DNA of 35,126 nucleotides, from contig DATIZW010000084.1 of the NCBI GenBank assembly GCA_035516875.1, positions 1-35,126 on the forward strand, read 5' to 3'. The translations under genes were made by a program, and so were the position numbers. The notes below the pieces were generated by a model that was not told where the DNA came from, made no database searches, and saw only the letters and a program-made list of their open reading frames with translations. Origin of the DNA: Steroidobacteraceae bacterium (GTDB lineage Bacteria; Pseudomonadota; Gammaproteobacteria; Steroidobacterales; Steroidobacteraceae). This document shows, in pieces, positions 8,258 to 16,793 of the stretch (its first letter is position 1; each line of letters begins with the position of its first letter).

Positions 8258-10270
8258 ATGTGCGGCATTGCCGGGGTCTACGCCCCACAAAACCGTCTTA
8301 ACGCGGACCTCGTGATCCCGATGCTCGCATCGATGGCTCACCGGGGGCCGGACGATCGCGGCGTGCAGGTGCTGTCCGAAGGCGAGCTCGTATTGGGGCA
8401 CCTGCGTCTCTCGATCCTCGATCTGTCCGCCCAGGGACACCAGCCAATGAGCACCCCGGACGGCAGCATATCGATCGTTTACAACGGCGAAGTTTACAAC
8501 TTCCGCGAGATCAGGTCTCAGTTGCAGGGGTCCGGCTGGAGCTTTCACAGTGACTCGGACACCGAGGTCATCTTGGCTGCTTATCACACCTGGGGGCTCG
8601 GCGCCGTCGACCGGTTCCGCGGAATGTTTGCATTTGCCCTGTGGGACGACCGCAGCAAGCGGCTGCATCTGTGTCGTGACCGCTTCGGCGTGAAGCCGCT
8701 CTATTTCTCCATCCGCAACGGCCGGCTGGCTTTCGCCTCCGAGATGAAGGGACTGATCAGCGGGGGGTACACGCTGCGCACCCCGGATCCGGCCGCAGTC
8801 GCGGAATACCTGCAGTACGGCTACACGTGTGCCCCGCGCAGTATTTTCGCCGACGTACACACGGTACAGCCGGGAACGGTCTGCACCGTAGATACCCGGC
8901 TGAACGTCGTTGAGCACCGTTACTGGTCCGCCGCCGACCTGTACGCGAGCGCGCCAGCCGCTGCCTTGCGTCACGAGCTCAGCGAGCTTCGCGAGGAAGA
9001 GCTGCTCGAGCGCGTCGAGCATGCGCTGCAGACTGCCTTCTCCTACCGCATGGTGGCTGACGTTCCCGTCGGCGTATTCCTGAGTGGCGGAATCGATTCT
9101 TCCCTGGTCGCCACCCTGCTGGTCAGACGCGCCGGCTTCAAGCTCAAGACATTCACGATAGGCTTCGCCGGGTCCGAATTTGACGAGTCGCGTTATGCCC
9201 GCGCCGTCGCAGACGCCCTGGGCGCCGAGCACATCGAGTTCCCGGTGTCGGCGCAGGCGGTGCTGGACACGGTCAGCGAGGTCGTGGACATCGCGGATGA
9301 GCCGATCGGCGACAGCTCCCTGATTCCAACGTTGATGGTATCGCGCCTTGCCCGCCCGCACGTCAAGGTCGCGTTGTCGGCTGACGGCGCCGACGAGCTG
9401 TTCGGCGGTTACGCGCGCTACGCCTACTGCGGCAACTTCGTGCAGTGCTCGCGGCTCGGGCACAGCCTGTATTGGTTGTCGGCTGGGCTGCTCGACTCGC
9501 TGCCGCCGCGGCTCGTGGCCCGGGCCTATACGCTGGCGCGCGCCGGCGGACCCCGGTTCGCCGGCGTCAGCGACAAGCTGCGCAAGTTTGTCCGCATGTC
9601 GCGGCAGCGCGAGGAGTTCGCTGCCTATGACGCCACCGTGTCGGAGTGGGCCCCGCAACAGGTGCGCAGCCTGGTCGGACGGCCGCCCGCCGGGCTCGGC
9701 AGTGCCAGCGCCGCGTACCGCTCCGTGACCAGCGCGGATCCCCGGGATCGGTTCATGCATTTCGATATGACGCGCTACCTGCCGGGTGATCTGCTGGTCA
9801 AGGTGGACCGCGCTTCCATGGCGGTATCGCTGGAAGCGCGCGAGCCGTTCCTCGATCACGTGGCGGCCGCGGTGGCGGCGGCACTGCCCATGAGCTGGAA
9901 GGTGCGCGGAGCGCAGAACAAATACGTGCTGCGCCGCCTGCTGGCGCGTCATCTGCCAGCCGGCCTGTTCGACCGTCCCAAGCAGGGGTTCTCTGCCCCG
10001 GTCGGGCGGTGGCTGCGCGGACCGCTGCGGGCGCAGCTGCTCGCGGAGCTGTCCGCGTCGCGGGTGCACGAGTGGGGCATGCTGGATCCCGCGGCTGTCG
10101 CCGCCGAGACCAGCCGCTTTCTCGCGGCCGACGGCCGCTCCGGTACCGCCGCCGGCATCTGGATCCTGTTCCAGCTGCAGCGCTGGGCGGATCGTTGGTT
10201 GCGCCAGCCCGCTCAGGAGCAGCTGCGCCGTGCCTATCCGGACTCGGCGCGCGACGCTACGAGCCGCTGA
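8258..10270 (+). CDS. asnB: Asparagine synthase (glutamine-hydrolysing) family amidotransferase
   Basis: The MCGIAGVY start supplies the Ntn Cys2 nucleophile. PP-loop motif GVFLSGGIDSSLVATLL. 670 aa, full two-domain architecture. GGGAGCGGA lies upstream of the ATG. Confidence 0.9.
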   Translation: MCGIAGVYAPQNRLNADLVIPMLASMAHRGPDDRGVQVLSEGELVLGHLRLSILDLSAQGHQPMSTPDGSISIVYNGEVYNFREIRSQLQGSGWSFHSDSDTEVILAAYHTWGLGAVDRFRGMFAFALWDDRSKRLHLCRDRFGVKPLYFSIRNGRLAFASEMKGLISGGYTLRTPDPAAVAEYLQYGYTCAPRSIFADVHTVQPGTVCTVDTRLNVVEHRYWSAADLYASAPAAALRHELSELREEELLERVEHALQTAFSYRMVADVPVGVFLSGGIDSSLVATLLVRRAGFKLKTFTIGFAGSEFDESRYARAVADALGAEHIEFPVSAQAVLDTVSEVVDIADEPIGDSSLIPTLMVSRLARPHVKVALSADGADELFGGYARYAYCGNFVQCSRLGHSLYWLSAGLLDSLPPRLVARAYTLARAGGPRFAGVSDKLRKFVRMSRQREEFAAYDATVSEWAPQQVRSLVGRPPAGLGSASAAYRSVTSADPRDRFMHFDMTRYLPGDLLVKVDRASMAVSLEAREPFLDHVAAAVAAALPMSWKVRGAQNKYVLRRLLARHLPAGLFDRPKQGFSAPVGRWLRGPLRAQLLAELSASRVHEWGMLDPAAVAAETSRFLAADGRSGTAAGIWILFQLQRWADRWLRQPAQEQLRRAYPDSARDATSR

Positions 10271-11063
10271 TTCGCGCGCCGAAATGCTCGGGGACGCGCG
10301 ACTGCCGCGCCGCGCACTTCAATTCGCCCTGCACCCACTCACAGTAGAAGTCCGACGTGGCGCGATAAAAAGCCCGATTGCAGCCAGGTCGGAAATGGTC
10401 GTGGAGCTCCGCGAGCATGATACCGACCTTACCGATCCAGGTTGCCGACGACTCGAGGACTTCCTTCTCGGCGCCCTCGATATCGAGCTTCAGGATGTCG
10501 ATGAAGTCGAGCGCGTGCAGGCGACACAGCGTAGTAAGAGAGAATGCCGGGACCGAGATCGCAGCGCTCCGCACCGGGGCCGCAGCGCGCGCCGGCTCCG
10601 CGGCCCAGGTTCGGAAACCCCATTTTCCCAAACCCGGGTCGATGACCTCCAGCGTGCCATCCTCGGCGGCGAGTGCCGCGTGGATGGGCAGAATTCGACT
10701 GCACTGACTCACATTGCGGGCCATGAGCGCGAAGTTCGACGGCTCCGGCTCCAGCGCCAGGACGCGTGCTTCCGGAAACCGATTGGCGAAGTACAACGCC
10801 GACATGCCGATGTTAGCGCCGACGTCGACGATGGTCCGGACCGCCGCGTGGCACGGAAAGGCAAGCTCCTGGCGAATGAAGACGTTGGTATAAGTATCGA
10901 CGTCCGAGGTGTGCGGGCGCAGGCACACCGACGCGCCCGCCGGCGGTATCGGGGCGCGCACTTCGAGCGGCACGCGACCCCACTTCGCCCTGACGAACGT
11001 CGGCAAGGCGCGCAGCCCGAATGTATCGACGAGACCACGCCAATATTGCCAGCGCCTGTCCAT
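10257..11063 (-). CDS. FkbM-family SAM-dependent methyltransferase
   Basis: Motifs IVDVGANIGMSALYFANRFPEARVLALEPEPSNF and IDILKLDIEGAEKEVL. Start taken at ATG 11063 (MDRRWQYWRG), 35 nt after the upstream stop. Its 3' end overlaps asnB by 14 nt (convergent). Confidence 0.85.
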   Translation of the reverse strand: MDRRWQYWRGLVDTFGLRALPTFVRAKWGRVPLEVRAPIPPAGASVCLRPHTSDVDTYTNVFIRQELAFPCHAAVRTIVDVGANIGMSALYFANRFPEARVLALEPEPSNFALMARNVSQCSRILPIHAALAAEDGTLEVIDPGLGKWGFRTWAAEPARAAAPVRSAAISVPAFSLTTLCRLHALDFIDILKLDIEGAEKEVLESSATWIGKVGIMLAELHDHFRPGCNRAFYRATSDFYCEWVQGELKCAARQSRVPEHFGARISGS

Positions 11064-11098
11064 GTAGAGTGCGGTCTTATCGGCTTGGGCCGGCCGTG

Positions 11099-12097
11099 TC
11101 AACGGCCCCGCAGACTCTTGACGAGCAGGCGCAGCCGCGCGCCCATGCGGGCCTGCGCCAGCGTCGAGCCCCGCCACGTGCTCCACACCCAGGCCGACCT
11201 CGGCTCGCACCGATGCGCGGCATTCAGCCAACGCACCGCGAGAAAATCCCGGAACGCCTGCGGGTCATAGCGCCGCGACCGCTGGTTGGCATCGGCGAGA
11301 CGCTCGAGCCAGGCACGTGAGGCGACCAGCTCGCTGTGCGTCAGCGGCGCTGCCGTGTCGAGCACCTGCAGGTGCAAGCCTGCCTCCGTCTCGGTCGCTT
11401 CCGGAAGCAGCAACGCGAGCTGGCGCCTGCGCAGTTGGCGCAGCGTCTGCTGCTCCTCGGCGGCGAAGCGGCTGGCAATCTGATTGGCGTGCACGCGGTA
11501 ACGCAGCCCCATCACCGGAATGTTGGCGAGCGGGAAATGCTCCGCCGCACGCATCCACAGATCGAGGTCCTCAGCGTGCACCGCGTCGGGACTGAAGCGC
11601 AGCTCGTGCCGGAGGAACACCGCACGGCGCAGCATCACGGTCGGATGTATGAGCGCGTTGAAGCCGAACAGCTGCACCCGGATCTGCTCCGGCGTCTGCG
11701 GCGGGCGCAGCTTGACCGGCGGCGCACCCCCGAACGTGGTCGCGCTTGTGCCACACGCGCCGATCTCGGGATTCAGGTCCATGAACGCGAGCTGCTGCGC
11801 CAGCCGCCGCGGCATGCTGATGTCGTCGGCATCCATGCGCGCAATGAATTCGCCGTCGGCCAGATCCAGCCCACGGTTGAGCGTCCTGACGACACCCAGG
11901 TTTGCCGGATTTTTGACGACCCGCAGCCTGGAATCAGCGATCGCGCGCAGCCTGTCCTCGGACTCGTCGGTCGAGCCATCGTCGATCGCCAGCAGCTCGA
12001 GATCGCGGAAGCTGCCCGACAGAATGCTGGCCGCCGCCTCGGCCACGTAGGCGGCGGCGTTGTACACTGGCATTAGGACGGTGACGCGCGGTGCCAA
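11099..12097 (-). CDS. Glycosyltransferase family 2
   Basis: Motifs VTVLMPVYNAAAYVAEAAASIL, LLAIDDGSTDES and ARMDADDIS. TTG start at 12097, preceded by GGGAGCGAGGGGC. Confidence 0.85.
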   Translation of the reverse strand: MAPRVTVLMPVYNAAAYVAEAAASILSGSFRDLELLAIDDGSTDESEDRLRAIADSRLRVVKNPANLGVVRTLNRGLDLADGEFIARMDADDISMPRRLAQQLAFMDLNPEIGACGTSATTFGGAPPVKLRPPQTPEQIRVQLFGFNALIHPTVMLRRAVFLRHELRFSPDAVHAEDLDLWMRAAEHFPLANIPVMGLRYRVHANQIASRFAAEEQQTLRQLRRRQLALLLPEATETEAGLHLQVLDTAAPLTHSELVASRAWLERLADANQRSRRYDPQAFRDFLAVRWLNAAHRCEPRSAWVWSTWRGSTLAQARMGARLRLLVKSLRGR

Positions 12098-12279
12098 GCC
12101 CCTCGCTCCCTGTGCGGCTGCGGTCGAAGGCCCCTATGTTATCCGACCAGAGCGGCAGCCGACCGCCAGGCGCTCACCACGGAACATAATCGGCGGCGCG
12201 CGTGTTTGCTGCGGGGGCAGGCGTCACCTTAATATTAGTAGTTTTCGAACTCCACTCCGCGGCGGGCAGCAAAGCTCCC

Positions 12280-13293
12280 ATGAGCACAGTCACAGGAGTA
12301 AGCAGCCCGTCGGCGCAAGCCGTAACCACTGCGCCATTCTTCGTCGTCGGCTGCGGCCGCTCGGGGTCCACACTGCTGCGGATGATGCTGGTATCCCACT
12401 CGCGCCTCAGCATTCCGCCCGAGACCTGGTACCTCATTCCGCTGCTGCGGCGATTTCCGATCGATCGGCCGCTCGATGCGGACGAGGTGGCGCGCGCCGT
12501 GGCGATCATGACCACGCACTACCGCTGGCCGGACATGCGCCTCGACGCAGGTGAATTGCGGGCCGAGCTGAGCCGCATCGAGCAGCCGTATCTGCGCGAC
12601 CTCGCCGAGGTGGTCTACCGCTGGCACATGCACGCCGAAGGCAAGGCGCGCTGGGGAGACAAGACGCCGGTCTATATCGAGATCGTACCCGAGCTGGCGC
12701 GCCTGTTTCCGGACGCGCGCTTTATCCACCTGGTGCGTGACGGCCGCGACGTCGCCAAGTCGTATCTCGCGACCGACTGGATCGGCCGCTGGCTGCATGA
12801 CAACACCCGCGAATGGACCCGGGCGCTCGAGTTGGAGCAGCGTTGGTCGGGTTCGGATCTGCGCCAGCGCATCCTGCAGGTTCGCTACGAGGACCTGGTT
12901 CTCGAGACCGAGGCGGTACTGCGGGCCGTGTGTGGCTTCATCGGCGAGGAGTTCGAGCCACGGATGCTGTCATGGCAGGGCCAGGTGGACGAGCAGGTGC
13001 CCGCCAGGGAGCGTGATGCGCATGGCAAGCTGAAGCAGCGCATCGGTCCGGAGGGCGTGGCGCGCTGGCAGCGCGAGATGAGCACGCGCGAGCAGTTTGT
13101 GTGCGAGGCCTTCATGGGCGCGCATCTCACCCGGATGGGATACCAGCGACGCTTTACGGGCACGCTATGGGCGCCGCTGTTCGCGGTTACGCGCCTGTAC
13201 TGCCGCACGGTCCTGCCGGCGGTTGAGCTGCAGCTGCGGGCCGTGCGCTTCTTCCGCAATCGCCTCGGAGCCCGACTCGGATCGAAAGGATGA
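12280..13293 (+). CDS. PAPS-dependent sulfotransferase
   Basis: 5'-phosphosulfate-binding loop FFVVGCGRSGSTLLRMML and 3'-phosphate-binding motif RFIHLVRDGRDVAKSY. Start taken at ATG 12280. The GTG-12202 extension crosses an AT-rich stretch that does not look coding. Confidence 0.8.
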   Translation: MSTVTGVSSPSAQAVTTAPFFVVGCGRSGSTLLRMMLVSHSRLSIPPETWYLIPLLRRFPIDRPLDADEVARAVAIMTTHYRWPDMRLDAGELRAELSRIEQPYLRDLAEVVYRWHMHAEGKARWGDKTPVYIEIVPELARLFPDARFIHLVRDGRDVAKSYLATDWIGRWLHDNTREWTRALELEQRWSGSDLRQRILQVRYEDLVLETEAVLRAVCGFIGEEFEPRMLSWQGQVDEQVPARERDAHGKLKQRIGPEGVARWQREMSTREQFVCEAFMGAHLTRMGYQRRFTGTLWAPLFAVTRLYCRTVLPAVELQLRAVRFFRNRLGARLGSKG

Positions 13294-13328
13294 GGCGCGA
13301 GCGGACCACCGGGGGCAGCGGGTAGTCG

Positions 13329-14789
13329 ATGCCGCCCACCAACATCAGCCGCACGGTGATGAGTGGCCTGCGTTGGGTCACGGTGTCGCGCCTGCTCGCC
13401 CAGCTGCTCACCTGGATCATCACCTTTGTGGTCATCCGGCTGGTGTCGCCGACCGACTATGGCCTCGCCACCCTGGCGGGCCTGTTCGCCAATTACCTGT
13501 CGCTGCTCAACGAGCTCGGCTTCAGCGTCACGCTGGTTCAGCGCCAGACGCGCGACGAGGAGACACTGCGGCACGTATTCGGCGCGGTGCTCGCCGTCGG
13601 AATCCTCTGGACGCTGCTGCTGGTGCTGGCGGCGCCGCTCATCGGCGTCATCACCCGCGAGCCGAGAGTCGTGCCGCTGGCGCGCTTCGTCGCCATTCAG
13701 TTTCTGACCATGCCGTTCGGCGTCATCCCGCAGGCCAGGCTGTCGATGGACATGCGGTTCCGGCGGCTCGCCACGGCGGACGCGGCGGCCGCACTCATCG
13801 GCGGCGCCGTGACTCTGCTCATGGCGCTTGCCGGCCGGGGTGCCTGGAGCCTGGTGGTCGGCGTGGTCGTGACCACCGCCGCGCGCACGCTGCTGCTCAA
13901 CCTGCTGTGCCGGGTACTGCGGGCGCCGCGTCTCGAGCTGTCGAGACTGCGAGACTTCGCCGGGTTCTCCGGCCTGGTGCTGTTGCAAAACAGCCTGTGG
14001 TACTGGTACACGCAGGTCGACAGCTTTGTGGTCGGACGAGCGCTCGGAGCCGCGGAGCTCGGTGTGTATGCGGTGGCGCGGCAGCTGACCAATATACCGC
14101 TCGAGCGCGTAATGGGTATCATCAACTCGGTCGCGCTGCCCGCCTTCTCCATGGTCAAGACGGACGCCGAGCACGTGCGGCGCGGCTACCTCAAGGTGCT
14201 GCGCATGGTCGCGGGCTACGCCTTCCCGGTGTTCTGGGGGCTCGCGGTCGTCAGCGAGCCACTGGTGAGACTGCTCGCCGGACCGAAGTGGCTGGCGTCA
14301 GTGCCGGTGATTCAGCTGCTGTGCGTGTCGATGCCGCTACGCATGCTCAACGCGGTCACCAGCTCGGCGCTGACCGCGGTGGCCCGCCAGGACGTCACCA
14401 TCAAGTCGCTACTGCTCGCGATCGTGGTGATGCCCGGCTGCATTGTTGCGGGCAGCCACTGGGGAGTCCTTGGGGTTGCGGCGGCCTGGGCGGTCGTGTT
14501 CCCGTTCGTCTACTTCTTTAACGTAATCCTGGTGCACCGCGCGCTGCAGATACCCGCGGCCGCCATGGCGGCCGCGCTCTGGCCGGCGGCGGTCGCCGCG
14601 GGGGTGATGGCGCTGGTCACGAGGAGCGTGAGCGTGGTGTGGCTGAGCACTCTGCCGACACTGCTCAACCTGACCGCAGCGGTGGGGCTCGGCGCTGCGG
14701 TATTCGGCGCGACCCTACGGCTCGTATCGCGCCCCGCGGCCCGGGAGATGCTCGAGTTCGCCCGGGCGGTCGCCACGCATCGTGCGTGA
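13329..14789 (+). CDS. Polysaccharide flippase, MOP superfamily (Wzx-like)
   Basis: 486 aa, multi-TM throughout. N-terminal signature GLRWVTVSRLLAQLLTWIITFVVIRLVSPTDYGLATLAGLF is typical of polysaccharide biosynthesis/export (Wzx) proteins. Confidence 0.8.
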   Translation: MPPTNISRTVMSGLRWVTVSRLLAQLLTWIITFVVIRLVSPTDYGLATLAGLFANYLSLLNELGFSVTLVQRQTRDEETLRHVFGAVLAVGILWTLLLVLAAPLIGVITREPRVVPLARFVAIQFLTMPFGVIPQARLSMDMRFRRLATADAAAALIGGAVTLLMALAGRGAWSLVVGVVVTTAARTLLLNLLCRVLRAPRLELSRLRDFAGFSGLVLLQNSLWYWYTQVDSFVVGRALGAAELGVYAVARQLTNIPLERVMGIINSVALPAFSMVKTDAEHVRRGYLKVLRMVAGYAFPVFWGLAVVSEPLVRLLAGPKWLASVPVIQLLCVSMPLRMLNAVTSSALTAVARQDVTIKSLLLAIVVMPGCIVAGSHWGVLGVAAAWAVVFPFVYFFNVILVHRALQIPAAAMAAALWPAAVAAGVMALVTRSVSVVWLSTLPTLLNLTAAVGLGAAVFGATLRLVSRPAAREMLEFARAVATHRA

Positions 14790-14844
14790 CGCCGCGCGCA
14801 CGCCGCTGCCCGCGGCCGCAGTGCGCCGCCGGCGCTCAGCCCGA

Positions 14845-16485
14845 TTAGCTTACGACTTTGAGCGACGTCGGCGAGTTGGGAACGGGCAGCGCGCTGCCGC
14901 CGCCCGGCGCGAAGCTCGAGCCGATCTGCGTTGCCCCGTTGCCCCACGCGCCCATGTCGGTGGTCGAGCCGCTGCTGGTGCCGGTAGTCGAGCCCTTGCC
15001 GGAACACGGGCTGCCCACCGCCAGCTGGTAGTACAGAGGACCGCTTCCCGTTGCCACGAACAGCGGGTTGGCGGCGAGTGAATGCGCGTCCTTGCCCACG
15101 GTGGCCGTGGCCAGCGCGCTCGTCCAGGTGGAGAGCGACGTATACAGTGTCGGTGTGTTGTTGGTGCCGTTCGCCGTCAGACCCAGCGACACCGTCTGAA
15201 AACAGTTGTAATCACTCAGGGCGAGTGCGCACGTGCCGCCACCGCCCGCCCCGCTGGTATTGAAAGTACCGCGGAAGCCGACACTGTGGACCGCATAGAT
15301 GTTGTTGTAGTGCGTGATCGTGGCCGAAGCCCCGTAGCGCACGAAGAACACGCCGCTCGAGCCCGGGATTCCTACGAAGGTATTGTTATACCAGAGCTGG
15401 TTCTCGACGCTGTTAGGCCATCCGTCCACCGAGATCGCATAGGAGAACACCGGATTGTCCGAGATCACGACGTTGTTGTAGACGCTCGTGATGTTGGAGG
15501 AGGTGCCTGACAGGTCGATACATATGCCACCGCTGCCCGAGACGCTCGTGCCGGAGGCGGTCAGGTCCACGTGGTTGAAACGCACCGTGTTCTGATAGTT
15601 TCCTTCATTCTTGATGAAGATGCCGCCCACCTGCTGATTCGAGGTCGAGATCAGCGTGTTGTACTGGATCATCACGTTGTCGGTGTTCCAGCACTCGATC
15701 CCGGTGGCCCGGTTTGAGGTATCGGATATGCCCGTTATGTAGTTGTTCTGAATTACCGCCCCGGTGGTCGCATAAAGCGTGATGCCGGTTGCGTTCGCGC
15801 CGCCCAGTGAATTGGTGAAGGTGTGGATGTAGTTGTTCTGGATCGAGATGCCGGCGTTGCGCGTCGAGATGGTGGAGTAGCCGCCGGTCTCGTAGCCGAC
15901 GGCTATCGGGTGGTAGTACGCATTGATGATCTCGAAGCCATCGATCGTCAGATAGGCATATCCCGAGCCGATGCCACCGATGAGTGGCTGCCCCTGCGAA
16001 TTGTTCGACGACGTGCCTTGGCCGTCGAGCACCGCCCACGCACCCGAGGAGTTGCCGACCGGTGCGTAAGTTCCTGAGGCGTTGCAGGATGCGAGCACGG
16101 TCGGCGCCGCGGATGAGCCGCCGCGGACCAGCAGATAGGCCTGCGAGTAGCTGCCGGGGTAACTCGAAATCCCCGTGAGCGTCATGACCTCGTAGGTACC
16201 TGCGATCACGCCGACCCGCTTGCCGGCCATCTTCGCCTGATTCGCATTGCCCGCCAGCAGCGAGGTGATTGCCCACGGCGCAGCCAGTGTACCCGCGTTG
16301 CTGTCGCTGCCGGTCGTGGAGATGTAGTAATCGTAGGTGGTGGCGCTTTGCGCCTGCGCGCTGCGCGGCCAGTACGCGCCGAGCAACGATGCGCCTGCTA
16401 CGCCTCCGCCGTAGCGCAGAAAATCGCGCCGGGAAGCGGCGGCGCCGAGACCGGGACACGCGCTGCGTGAACGCTTGGAATTCAT
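14845..16485 (-). CDS. Tat-secreted right-handed parallel beta-helix repeat protein (candidate EPS lyase, glycanase or epimerase)
   Basis: Twin-arginine signal SRRDFLRYGGGVAGASLLGAYWPRSAQA. Periodic PbH1-like turns IQNNYIHTF, IQNNYITGI, IQYNTLIS, VYNNVVISD, WYNNTFVGI, HYNNIYAV. ATG 16485 is preceded by GAGGTGGA with a 4-nt spacer. Confidence 0.75.
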   Translation of the reverse strand: MNSKRSRSACPGLGAAASRRDFLRYGGGVAGASLLGAYWPRSAQAQSATTYDYYISTTGSDSNAGTLAAPWAITSLLAGNANQAKMAGKRVGVIAGTYEVMTLTGISSYPGSYSQAYLLVRGGSSAAPTVLASCNASGTYAPVGNSSGAWAVLDGQGTSSNNSQGQPLIGGIGSGYAYLTIDGFEIINAYYHPIAVGYETGGYSTISTRNAGISIQNNYIHTFTNSLGGANATGITLYATTGAVIQNNYITGISDTSNRATGIECWNTDNVMIQYNTLISTSNQQVGGIFIKNEGNYQNTVRFNHVDLTASGTSVSGSGGICIDLSGTSSNITSVYNNVVISDNPVFSYAISVDGWPNSVENQLWYNNTFVGIPGSSGVFFVRYGASATITHYNNIYAVHSVGFRGTFNTSGAGGGGTCALALSDYNCFQTVSLGLTANGTNNTPTLYTSLSTWTSALATATVGKDAHSLAANPLFVATGSGPLYYQLAVGSPCSGKGSTTGTSSGSTTDMGAWGNGATQIGSSFAPGGGSALPVPNSPTSLKVVS

Positions 16486-16557
16486 TTGATCCACCTCATC
16501 CGCTGAAGCCCGGCCCGACACGCCGGGACGAGCGCCGGCAAAGTCACATTCCAGGGA

Positions 16558-16573
16558 AGCAAAGCCCGTACCA
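16558..16573 (-). promoter_or_regulatory. Candidate sigma-54 (RpoN) -24/-12 promoter upstream of the beta-helix gene
   Basis: The minus strand reads TTGGTACGGGCTTTGCTT. Against the consensus YTGGCACGrNNNTTGCW this has correct GG-N10-GC spacing and one mismatch (C to T at the 4th base). It lies about 75 nt upstream of ATG 16485. Confidence 0.45.
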
Positions 16574-16668
16574 AGGCGGCGAGGATACAGTGGCTCAATT
16601 CGCGGGAGAATGTCTTTAGGTTGAGACAACATAAAGGCTGTGAGCGACCTCACAACGTGCGACCGGAG

Positions 16669-16692
16669 GCGCGGCCGGAGGCCCGGCCGCGC
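16669..16692. repeat. Perfect 10-bp inverted repeat with 4-nt spacer (GCGCGGCCGG-aggc-CCGGCCGCGC); enhancer-like site or terminator-like hairpin
   Basis: Read directly. Left arm 16669-16678, right arm 16683-16692. Followed on the + strand by GTCTTTGATT. A second small inverted repeat, GTGAG-cgac-CTCAC, lies at 16640-16653. Confidence 0.6.
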
Positions 16693-16793
16693 GTCTTTGA
16701 TTGGAGACACTTTCTGTGGTACCAGGAAGGCCGCGCATGGAGCTTGGGTTACCCTTCCGCGCGGCGCGGCGGCGGGTGGAGTGGGAGGTACAG

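Noticed and set aside
2-13293. The gene content superficially resembles a Nod-factor cluster: NodT-family gene, GT2 plus NodB-type deacetylase, sulfotransferase, methyltransferase and hexapeptide acetyltransferase.
   Set aside because: The Wzx, Wzy-like, chain-length determinant and kinase genes and about 8 GTs indicate a polymer pathway. No NodA-like or NodC-signature protein is evident. NodT-family is a generic name for efflux outer-membrane factors.
14790-14844. GC-rich imperfect palindrome (GCGCA...CTGC-CCGCGGCC-GCAG-TGCGC, containing GCGGCCGC) between the convergent flippase and beta-helix genes.
   Set aside because: The stem is interrupted and has no U-tract on either strand. That is not enough to call a bidirectional terminator.
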